Origin: an uncultured Bacteroidales bacterium
Lineage (GTDB): Bacteria > Bacteroidota > Bacteroidia > Bacteroidales > ML635J-15
Direction: 5' to 3'
DNA: 46,887 nucleotides
NCBI GenBank assembly: GCA_964407055.1
Contig: CAYOUD010000001.1
Span: forward strand, 11,838 to 58,724
The notes under the pieces: model-generated
Seen by the model: the letters and a program-made list of their open reading frames with translations, nothing else
The model's database searches: none
Told to the model about the DNA's origin: nothing
Part shown: piece after piece, positions 39,562-46,651 of the stretch
How positions within the stretch are numbered: position 1 is the stretch's first letter
Layout: each line of letters begins with the position of its first letter
Translations under genes and position numbers: made by a program

Positions 39562-39638
39562 AACTTGTCTTATGCTATGCATAATTCAAACATTCATCGT
39601 TCTGAAATAAATCTGTCCCGTTAGGGAAAAAATATTGG

Positions 39639-39670
39639 TACACCCGGACAAGGAACGCAGTCTGGGTGTA
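39639..39670. other. Hairpin-capable inverted repeat in the island's left non-coding arm
   Basis: TACACCCGGA - 12 nt - TCTGGGTGTA. Nine of ten positions are Watson-Crick and one is a G-U pair in RNA. Confidence 0.4.
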
Positions 39671-39779
39671 TGCTAATGTATAAATGTGGTTTTGCGGAAT
39701 TTTTGCAATTTGGCAAGCAAAAATTGTGACAAAAGCAATTTAGAAGTGTTTAAAATTTGGAGTATTAAAAAACCCTGTC

Positions 39780-39787
39780 TATATTTG
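39780..39787 (+). promoter_or_regulatory. Candidate -7 box (TATATTTG) for the island operon
   Basis: Matches TAnnTTTG, 33 nt upstream of the HTH gene ATG. Confidence 0.4.
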
Positions 39788-39801
39788 TCATAAAATGACA
39801 A
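39785..39801. promoter_or_regulatory. Palindromic candidate operator (C-box-like): TTGTCAT-AAA-ATGACAA
   Basis: Perfect 7+7 inverted repeat overlapping the candidate -7 box, 19 nt upstream of the XRE/C-protein start. Confidence 0.5.
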
Positions 39802-39820
39802 GATTTAATTTACAAGTCAA

Positions 39821-40147
39821 ATGAAAGAAACATTCGGAGAATATATAAAATTATTACGGACTGAAAATGGGATGACCTTAACTCAATTAGCAGCACAATT
39901 AGATATGGATTCTGCAAATTTGAGCAAAATAGAAAATAACAAGAGGGAATTTGATGAAAGACGATTGGAAAAACTTGCAGATGTTTTCAATTTGGATGCA
40001 GATAGATTAAGGGATGAGCTTTTCAGTGAAAAATTTGCAAAAAAAATTTATGATAATTGTTGCTCTGAAAACGCATTAATCTTAGCAGAAGAAAAGGTGA
40101 AGTACCTTAAACAGTCAAATATTAAACAAGGAAATTTAGATTTTTAA
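39821..40147 (+). CDS. XRE-family helix-turn-helix regulator, probable R-M controller (C) protein
   Basis: HTH segment MTLTQLAAQLDMDSANLSKIENNKREF. It is the first gene of the island operon and lies 2 nt upstream of the methyltransferase start. Confidence 0.75.
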   Translation: MKETFGEYIKLLRTENGMTLTQLAAQLDMDSANLSKIENNKREFDERRLEKLADVFNLDADRLRDELFSEKFAKKIYDNCCSENALILAEEKVKYLKQSNIKQGNLDF

Positions 40148-40149
40148 TT

Positions 40150-40950
40150 ATGAAAATAGTATCATTATTTGCAGGTGCCGGTGGGCTTGACTTAGGTTTT
40201 TCAAAGGCAGGGTTTGATATTGTCTGGGCTAATGAATATGATAGAGATATTTGGAAAACATACGAAAAAAACCATCCTAATACAACCCTTGATAAAAGAA
40301 GCATTACAAAAGTACCAAATGAAGATGTTCCTGAATGTGATGGTATTATTGGAGGTCCTCCTTGTCAAAGTTGGAGTGAAGCGGGCTCCTTGCGTGGTAT
40401 TGATGACAATAGAGGTCAGTTATTCTTTGATTTCATTCGCTTGCTTGAAGCAAAACAACCTTATTTTTTCTTGGCAGAAAATGTTTCCGGAATGCTTTTA
40501 TTGAGACATAAAGAAGCCCTTGATAACATTAAAAAACATTTCAAGAACGCTGGAATTGGATATGATTTGCATTTTAAACTGCTTAATGCAAAGAATTATA
40601 AAGTTCCACAAGATAGAAAGCGAGTTTTTTTTATTGGCTTTAGAAGTGATCTAAATATTGATTTTAATTTTCCTGAAGGCTTTAATGAAATAATTCCACT
40701 AAGCAACACAATTAGCGATTTAACGGAGAACGTCCTAAGTGCAAAAAATGGAAAAAATGCAAATAATGGGAATTGCAACGTACCTAATCATGAATATATG
40801 GATGGTGGTTTTTCGAGTATTTTTATGTCTAGAAATCGAGTAAGAAGCTGGGATGAAGTTTCATTTACTATTCAAGCAGGCGCCAGACATGCTCCTCTGC
40901 ATCCACAAGCTCCAAAAATGAAATTTATTGAGCAAAATATTGCAGCATAA
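40150..40950 (+). CDS. DNA (cytosine-5)-methyltransferase, M.HaeIII-like, C-terminally truncated (motifs IX and X absent); probably non-functional
   Basis: Motif I LFAGAGGLDLGF, motif IV GGPPCQSWS, motif VI FFLAENVSGM, motif VIII QDRKRVFFIGF. The target-recognition region NHEYMDGGFSSIFMSRNRVRSW...LHPQAPKM closely tracks M.HaeIII as I remember it. The ORF stops 10 codons later without QGFP / GNAVP motifs. It is 266 aa against ~330 aa for the family. Confidence 0.7.
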   Translation: MKIVSLFAGAGGLDLGFSKAGFDIVWANEYDRDIWKTYEKNHPNTTLDKRSITKVPNEDVPECDGIIGGPPCQSWSEAGSLRGIDDNRGQLFFDFIRLLEAKQPYFFLAENVSGMLLLRHKEALDNIKKHFKNAGIGYDLHFKLLNAKNYKVPQDRKRVFFIGFRSDLNIDFNFPEGFNEIIPLSNTISDLTENVLSAKNGKNANNGNCNVPNHEYMDGGFSSIFMSRNRVRSWDEVSFTIQAGARHAPLHPQAPKMKFIEQNIAA

Positions 40951-41186
40951 TGGAAAGTATAAAATTTGAAAATGAGTTTTATTTAGTTAGAGAATTAGTA
41001 ATTCCTGAATTTGGATATGTAAAAGTAAGCACATTAGGTTTAAATTTTAAAATGATGCTTGATGATGGTTCTTACTTTTCAGAGAAAGCAAGGATTTTAG
41101 ATGAAGATATTTTCTTTTATGTAGAGTTAAATCAAATAATGTTTAATGAATATCAATTGATTAATCTACTAAAGAGTGAATTATGA
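40950..41186 (+). CDS. Hypothetical acidic 78-aa protein
   Basis: The start overlaps the methyltransferase stop (TAATG) and the stop overlaps the next start (ATGA). It has 14 Asp/Glu against 7 Lys/Arg. No family recognised. Confidence 0.5.
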   Translation: MESIKFENEFYLVRELVIPEFGYVKVSTLGLNFKMMLDDGSYFSEKARILDEDIFFYVELNQIMFNEYQLINLLKSEL

Positions 41187-41689
41187 TTCAATTTCAATTT
41201 TTTCCAAGGTCACAAGGAATTACACCAAAAATAAAAGCCATAATTGACTGTTTTGTTGAGGCAAATGGTAAAATTGATTCTGATTATAAAAATCTCAACA
41301 GTAATGCGGTCTTAAAAGAATTATCTGAGCCATTAACTAAACTTGGGTTTAAAGTTGAATTAAGTAAATCAAAAGATGATAAAATAAATGTGCCAGTATT
41401 ATTTGGATTTAATGACCAAATTGATAAATGTTTTAACGCTGATGCTCTAAACGATGATGGTACTATTGTAATTGAAGTTGAAGCTGGAAGAGCAACTGAG
41501 AACAATCAATTTTTAAAAGATATTTTTCAAGCATGTATGATGTTTGGAGTTGAATATTTGGTTATTGCTGTTAGAAATATTTACAGAACACATAAAGATT
41601 TTGAAATTGTATATACATTTTTGGAAACACTTTATATTTCCAATAGGATGCATTTGCCATTGAAAGGTATATTACTTATTGGGTACTGA
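41183..41689 (+). CDS. 168-aa PD-(D/E)XK-fold protein with a BamHI/BglII-like E-x-E signature (restriction-endonuclease-like)
   Basis: The segment FNADALNDDGTIVIEVEAGRATENNQFLKDIF...VEYLVIAV...LKGILLIGY parallels BamHI PIDVY...GMEFETGNISSAHRSMNKLL...IDLAIILMP...PFIFIGF as recalled. Candidate residues are D87, E98, E100 and K112. Confidence 0.5.
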   Translation: MIQFQFFPRSQGITPKIKAIIDCFVEANGKIDSDYKNLNSNAVLKELSEPLTKLGFKVELSKSKDDKINVPVLFGFNDQIDKCFNADALNDDGTIVIEVEAGRATENNQFLKDIFQACMMFGVEYLVIAVRNIYRTHKDFEIVYTFLETLYISNRMHLPLKGILLIGY

Positions 41690-41776
41690 CCGCGTGAGGG
41701 ATTGAAGCGGTTACCCCACAGCGAGGAACGAGCGAGGAGTAAAAGCGGAAAGCCCGACCCGCAGGGGCACGCCCAA
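41690..41776. other. GC-rich (~65%) purine-rich 87-nt element between orf168 and the endonuclease frame; candidate structured RNA or element end
   Basis: I counted 55 G/C in the 84 nt at 41691-41774, in an AT-rich context. A possible interrupted 9-bp stem spans 41691-41700 / 41714-41723 with a 13-nt loop. No start codon is present. Confidence 0.5.
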
Positions 41777-41780
41777 ATAA

Positions 41781-42734
41781 AAAACAGTAAAAGCATTTGA
41801 ATATGCTCTTTTAAAAGAATTCTATCAACGATTAAAAACCCCTAATAACAACGTAATTATTGTTGAAAGTGAACCATACAATACTGCAAAATCTTGTTTT
41901 GAAAGTTTTTGTGAAGATGAACAAGGATTTTATTCTCTTGTGTCTAGTGCTTCAATAAACTTTCTTGTTGATATTGAACCTCGCTTATCTAATAGTATCA
42001 GTCCTGAAGATACCTTGCAACTTGAAATTGTTTCTGATAGTGAAGGACAATCTGGTGATGTTAGAGATGTTTTAGCAATTCGCTTACTTCAAAAATGGGA
42101 AATAGGTATCTCAGCAAAAAATAATCACAGAGCAGTAAAGCATTCTAGATTATCACAGAAGATTGATTTTGGTGAAAAATGGCTTGGTGTACCCTGCTCA
42201 AAAAAATATTTTGAGGAAATCAAACCAATTTTTGATTATTTGACTGCATTGAGGGAAATGGACAAAGATACAACGTGGACTTCTATTCCTGATATGCATC
42301 AGAAAATATATGTTCCATTACTTGATGCCTTTAAACGAGAGTTACAACGATTAAATGATGAGAATCCGGAGATTGTACCACAAAAACTTGTAGAATATTT
42401 AATTGGAAATAAAGATTTTTATAAAGTAATTAAAGGAAAAAACAAAGTAGAGATTCAAGCCTATAACTTACATGGGACACTAAATTTACCTTTTGATAAA
42501 GTAAAACCTAAAGCGAGAATTCAAAAGCTTAAATTGCCAACAAGATTGATTGAAATTGTTTATGACAATAACTCTGTCACAACTATGATTGTCTCTCTCA
42601 GTGAGGGTTGGCAAATTTCTTTTAGAATCCACAGTGCAAGTTCAAGAGTTGAACCGTCTTTAAAATTCGATATTAATTTGATTAGCGCACCCCATACACT
42701 CTTTAACAATCATATTTTTATTGGGGAGAAGTAA
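41781..42734 (+). pseudogene. Type II restriction endonuclease (HaeIII/GGCC-type inferred from its partner), lacking a start codon
   Basis: The frame is open for 317 codons directly after a TAA at 41778-41780 and begins KTVKAFEYALLKEF... The first canonical in-frame start is a GTG 53 codons in (track ORF 41940-42734). A PD-(D/E)XK-like segment GDVRDVLAI...WEIGISAKNNHRAVKHSR is present. Confidence 0.55.
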
Positions 42735-42781
42735 GTTCCTTCTTAAAAACACAATAGAAAGTCCTGTTTTTTTACTAATAA

Positions 42782-42852
42782 TTTTAAACAAGAAATTGGC
42801 AAAATGTACCTCATGCGATAGGTTTACCACTGTACTCCCATCGTTTGATTTA
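42782..42852. repeat. Right copy of the perfect 71-nt direct repeat
   Basis: Identical to 39491-39561. It supplies the functional 3' end (NQTMGVQW*) of the minus-strand gene 42824-43585. Confidence 0.97.
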
Positions 42853-43585
42853 CCCAAAATGTGGTTTTAGTCTTTAATTGTTGAATATCGCAATCGCTTT
42901 CGGTAATATCGACAGTAAGATTTTGGATTTCCTGCTGTTTAAAAGCGTTTAAAACCGGAATAAGGCTTTCAAATTCAGTGCATTGTGTTTGCAACATAGC
43001 ATTTCTGATGAATTCGTTTTCTACCGTTTCATCCGATAACATAAGCCGATTACTTTCCAACCAAATTCCTGTAATAATTAAGCCTGCAAGCGCTGAACGT
43101 TGTGCTTGTATCAAGTCAGATGTGACAGAGGTATAGGCTTGGTTTAGGATTTGAAGCAAACTGTCCGATGTATAGACATTTCGCTCAATTTTTTCAACCG
43201 CAAAAAGAATTTCATCCCGAGGTAAATCCAATGCAAAAAATCGACTTTCAAGCTCTGCTGCATATTCCATGCTTAAATTTACACGGTTAAAATAGCGCAG
43301 GTAGCTTAAATCTGCAAGTAAAATGCCGGTTTGCAAAGCAATCTGCTCATAATTTTCCGGCATTAGAATTTTGTTTGGCATGAGTGTTTCCTGAAAACTT
43401 ATGTTTGCATGCTCAAGCGGGGCAATCATGTCTTGATAACTCGGAATGCTGTCTGGGAGTAATTGAATATCTTCGCTGATTGCACTTTCATCAATTACAA
43501 ATTCGGACTCCTGCTTTTGTCCACAGGAAAAAACCAGTAAACAACATAGCATTAAAATGAATTGCGTTTGTCTCATTATTTCCAA
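42824..43585 (-). CDS. Lipoprotein of unknown function, co-transcribed with GH92
   Basis: Signal peptide plus lipobox (LLVFSCGQ). The body is helical. It overlaps the GH92 stop by 10 nt. Confidence 0.6.
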   Translation of the reverse strand: MEIMRQTQFILMLCCLLVFSCGQKQESEFVIDESAISEDIQLLPDSIPSYQDMIAPLEHANISFQETLMPNKILMPENYEQIALQTGILLADLSYLRYFNRVNLSMEYAAELESRFFALDLPRDEILFAVEKIERNVYTSDSLLQILNQAYTSVTSDLIQAQRSALAGLIITGIWLESNRLMLSDETVENEFIRNAMLQTQCTEFESLIPVLNAFKQQEIQNLTVDITESDCDIQQLKTKTTFWVNQTMGVQW

Positions 43586-46554
43586 TATATTTCATCGGCA
43601 AAAATCCAGCCTTCGCCACCGTATCCAAGGTGCCATTCTGGAATGTCGCCGTAAGTTTTTGCTTTAATTTTTATGTATCTCACCTTTTGGGTTGCGAAAT
43701 TTATTCCAATATCTTCAACAAAAGCACCATATTTATCATCGCTGATTTCAGCTTTCTTAATTCCTGCTTTTTGAAATTGTTTTGACTGATTTGCAAGATA
43801 AAATTCAACGTCTGTCGGCATCCAAATCCAGCTTTTAATGTCTTGTAAAAAACCGACATGAACCGATGAGATTTCCATTGCTCTGCCCAAATCAACAATA
43901 GCAATTAAATCTTGAGCATCATATCCTTGCCATTCTCCTGTGCGGAAATCATTGCCTCCACGGATACCATCAATCAGGGCTGTATTTCCGCCGGCATTAT
44001 ATTGATTACTGTATTCTGAAAATAGCTCAATACTCACTCTGTCATCAATTTTTTTGTATTTCCCAACAACAATGCCGCTTTGCTTTTCGCCCTGCATAGC
44101 AATGCATTGTATCTTAGCATCATCATAAATTGTAATGGGATCTGAATAAATATTTGAGTTTTGATTTGGTTGACTGCCGTTGGTGGTATAAAAAATCATA
44201 ACATCTGCTTGCTGTGGTGTGTGAATTTTTATTTGCAGCGAATCGGAGAAACTCCGTTGTGCAGGTGTCGTTATCGGGCTGATAATGATTGGCTCCTCGG
44301 TAATTCGTGATGTGAAAATTGCATCCTCATTACTACCAAAGTCTTTGTTTGGTGTTGCTCCCATCACAAAATGCAGGTTGCCGCCTTTCATGATTTGTTC
44401 ATGTTCGATGTATGACTTGTTCCATGGCTTTCCATTTATCTCTACCGATTGAATATAAATATTTTTATCGCTGAGATTTTCGGCAGTAATTTCAAACTGT
44501 TTTCCGTTTTCAAGTTGGATAATTGCTGTATCAAACATGGGCGAGCCAAAATCGTAAATTCCGCTTGCCGGATTTACCGGATAAAAACCAAGCGCACTAA
44601 AAACGTACCATGCCGACATTTGTCCGCAATCTTCATTGCCTATATAGCCGTCGGGTTGGTCGCTGTACATTTCATTCATGATTTGTTTTACTAATTCCTG
44701 CGTTTTCCATGGCTTTCCGCAGTAATTGTACATGTATGCAATGTGGTGGCTGGGTTCGTTTCCATGCGCATATTGCCCAATGAGCCCTGTAATATCAACC
44801 TGATGTCTGCCGCTGGTTTCATTATCCGCAGCAAAAAGTGAATCTAACAAAGCATCCATTGCATCCGGGCCGCCAAGCATGTCCATCCACCCATGGATAT
44901 CCTGAGGAACATAAAAACTGTATTGCCATGCATTTGCTTCGGTATAATTGAAGTTTACTTCGGCAGGATCAAATGGAGAAAACCAACTCCCATTCACACG
45001 TGCACGCATGAGTTTTGTATCAGGATCAAAATGATTTTTGTAATACTGTGCCCGTTGGATGAATGTTTTATAAACATCATCTTTTCCCATTTGCTTTGCC
45101 ATTTGTGCGATACACCAATCATCATAAGCATATTCTAAAGCCTTGGAAACTGATTCGTGTTCATCTTCAACGCCAATATATCCTTTGGAAATAAATGCCG
45201 GTAATCCGAGATGATCCATTGTTGCAGAATGAACCATCGCTTCGAGCGCAAGTTCTGCATCAAAATCATCAATGCCTTTGGCATAAGCATCTGCAATAAC
45301 AGGGATAGCATGATAGCCAATCATGCAACCGGTATAATTTCCTGCAAGCTCCCAAACCGGCAGTTGTCCGCCCTGCTCATATTGGGCTAAAAAAGTTTTA
45401 ATAAAGTCGTTTGTTCGTTTGGTTTGGGTAATAGTAAACAGCGGATGCGTTGCCCGATACGTATCCCAAAGTGAAAAAACAGTGTATTGCGTGTGGTTTT
45501 TTGCCTGATAAATTTTATGGTCGATTCCCCGATATTTTCCATCTACATCGGTGAAGAGATTGGGCGCAAGATAAGCATGATAAAGCGCTGAATAAAACAC
45601 CTTTTTTTTGTACTCATCACCACTTACGACAATGTCGCTGAGTTCATCATTCCATGCAGATTTTGCACGGGATTTTATAGACTCAAAATCAAATTTATCG
45701 GTTTCTTGTTCGAGATTTTGTTTCGCACCCTCTATGCTGACAGCAGAAATCCCAACCTTCACGATAAGTACCTTGTCTTTCAAATCATTAAATCCGGCAA
45801 TGACTTTAATACCTTTTCCGTAGGCATCAAACGCATCGTTGATATCTGCATCATTAATTTTATAAAAAATTGAATTGATTGGTTCGGAAAAACGGGCATA
45901 AAAATACACATGCTGATCTTCAGCCCAAGCTTGTGAGCGACGAAATCCGGAAATATCCGTTTCATTAATCTGCTTAAATCCCGATTCAAGTACTTCGTCA
46001 CGGTGGGCAAGGTCAATCATCATGTATGCCGTGTCGTTATTGTTGTAACGGTATTTGTGAACTCCTGTCCGTTCGGTAACAGTAAGTTCAACATCTACAT
46101 TCGGTGTTTCGAGATGCACAGCATAGTAACCGGGTGAAGCAATTTCTGTGTCATGACTAAAAACAGAACCATAACCGGGTTCATCAAAGAAATATCCGCT
46201 ATCATAGGTGTATTTTCCACTCATTGGCATGAAAAGAATATCACCGTAATCTGAAACTCCGGTTCCGCTAAGATGTGTATGGCTGAATCCGTAAATAATT
46301 GAATCTGAATAGTGATATGCAGAGCAGCCGTCCCATCCCGTTAAACGAGTATCAGGGCTGAGTTGAACCATTCCGAAAGGCATACTTGCCCCCGGATACG
46401 TATGACCATGTCCTCCGGTACCAACCATGGGATTTACATATTGGCTCAGGTCATGAATTGTTTTTTTATGTTTTGGAATAAAGAAAGTGACAAATACGAG
46501 TGCTGCAATAAATGCAAGCATAAAAAGTATCGGAAACGTTTTGCGATTTTTCAT
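43576..46554 (-). CDS. GH92 alpha-mannosidase with C-terminal CHB_HEX_C-like and discoidin (F5/8 type C)-like domains
   Basis: GH92 N-terminus reads YVNPMVGTGGHGHTYPGASMPFGMVQLSPDT. The core has YHYSDSIIYGFSHTHLSGTG and the GNEPSHHIAYMY / GNEDCGQMSAWYV motifs. The C-terminus has FYTTNGSQPN and galactose-binding-like segments. Confidence 0.85.
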   Translation of the reverse strand: MKNRKTFPILFMLAFIAALVFVTFFIPKHKKTIHDLSQYVNPMVGTGGHGHTYPGASMPFGMVQLSPDTRLTGWDGCSAYHYSDSIIYGFSHTHLSGTGVSDYGDILFMPMSGKYTYDSGYFFDEPGYGSVFSHDTEIASPGYYAVHLETPNVDVELTVTERTGVHKYRYNNNDTAYMMIDLAHRDEVLESGFKQINETDISGFRRSQAWAEDQHVYFYARFSEPINSIFYKINDADINDAFDAYGKGIKVIAGFNDLKDKVLIVKVGISAVSIEGAKQNLEQETDKFDFESIKSRAKSAWNDELSDIVVSGDEYKKKVFYSALYHAYLAPNLFTDVDGKYRGIDHKIYQAKNHTQYTVFSLWDTYRATHPLFTITQTKRTNDFIKTFLAQYEQGGQLPVWELAGNYTGCMIGYHAIPVIADAYAKGIDDFDAELALEAMVHSATMDHLGLPAFISKGYIGVEDEHESVSKALEYAYDDWCIAQMAKQMGKDDVYKTFIQRAQYYKNHFDPDTKLMRARVNGSWFSPFDPAEVNFNYTEANAWQYSFYVPQDIHGWMDMLGGPDAMDALLDSLFAADNETSGRHQVDITGLIGQYAHGNEPSHHIAYMYNYCGKPWKTQELVKQIMNEMYSDQPDGYIGNEDCGQMSAWYVFSALGFYPVNPASGIYDFGSPMFDTAIIQLENGKQFEITAENLSDKNIYIQSVEINGKPWNKSYIEHEQIMKGGNLHFVMGATPNKDFGSNEDAIFTSRITEEPIIISPITTPAQRSFSDSLQIKIHTPQQADVMIFYTTNGSQPNQNSNIYSDPITIYDDAKIQCIAMQGEKQSGIVVGKYKKIDDRVSIELFSEYSNQYNAGGNTALIDGIRGGNDFRTGEWQGYDAQDLIAIVDLGRAMEISSVHVGFLQDIKSWIWMPTDVEFYLANQSKQFQKAGIKKAEISDDKYGAFVEDIGINFATQKVRYIKIKAKTYGDIPEWHLGYGGEGWIFADEIYWK

Positions 46555-46574
46555 GAATTAGATTTTTGTTTGCT

Positions 46575-46582
46575 CAAAAATA
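46575..46582 (-). promoter_or_regulatory. Candidate -7 box for GH92 (TATTTTTG on the minus strand)
   Basis: CAAAAATA on the plus strand, 21 nt upstream of ATG 46554. Confidence 0.35.
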
Positions 46583-46651
46583 AGAAAATCTCACAAAGGC
46601 GATAAATAAACTGGATTATAATTAGTGTCTGCAAGAAAACTATTGTTTTTC

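Larger units (their letters stand above)
39562..42781. mobile_element. 3,220-bp inserted R-M / nuclease island with no integrase or transposase ORF
   Basis: Bounded by the 71-nt direct repeat. It interrupts two convergent host genes whose stop codons are otherwise 2 nt apart. Its content is restriction-modification type. Confidence 0.7.

Noticed and set aside
39682-39693. The 12-mer AAATGTGGTTTT in the island's left arm is also present just outside the right repeat (42856-42867). It could be a relic of a donor-locus homologue or a recombination microhomology.
   Set aside because: The flanking bases show no similarity, and 12-mer coincidences are expected in a 47-kb AT-rich window. There is not enough to support a claim.
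40950-41186. orf78 as the frameshifted, diverged C-terminus of the methyltransferase. YLVRELVIPEFGY vaguely resembles motif IX (LTVRECARVQGFP), and FKMM resembles the YKMI that precedes GNAVP, at roughly the right spacing.
   Set aside because: The methyltransferase is very similar to M.HaeIII right up to the breakpoint. A true continuation should show strong identity in motifs IX and X, which are the best conserved, but GNAVP and QGFP are absent. The resemblance is at chance level. It remains worth testing by profile alignment.
41183-41689. orf168 as a Vsr (very-short-patch repair) endonuclease, which often accompanies m5C methyltransferases. I also considered the N-terminal string YKNLNSNAVL as a relic of methyltransferase motif X (YKMIGNAVP).
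   Set aside because: There is no Vsr signature (FVDGCFWHGH-type). The catalytic-like residues follow the BamHI/BglII E-x-E pattern instead. The NAV match is only 3-4 residues, in a different context.
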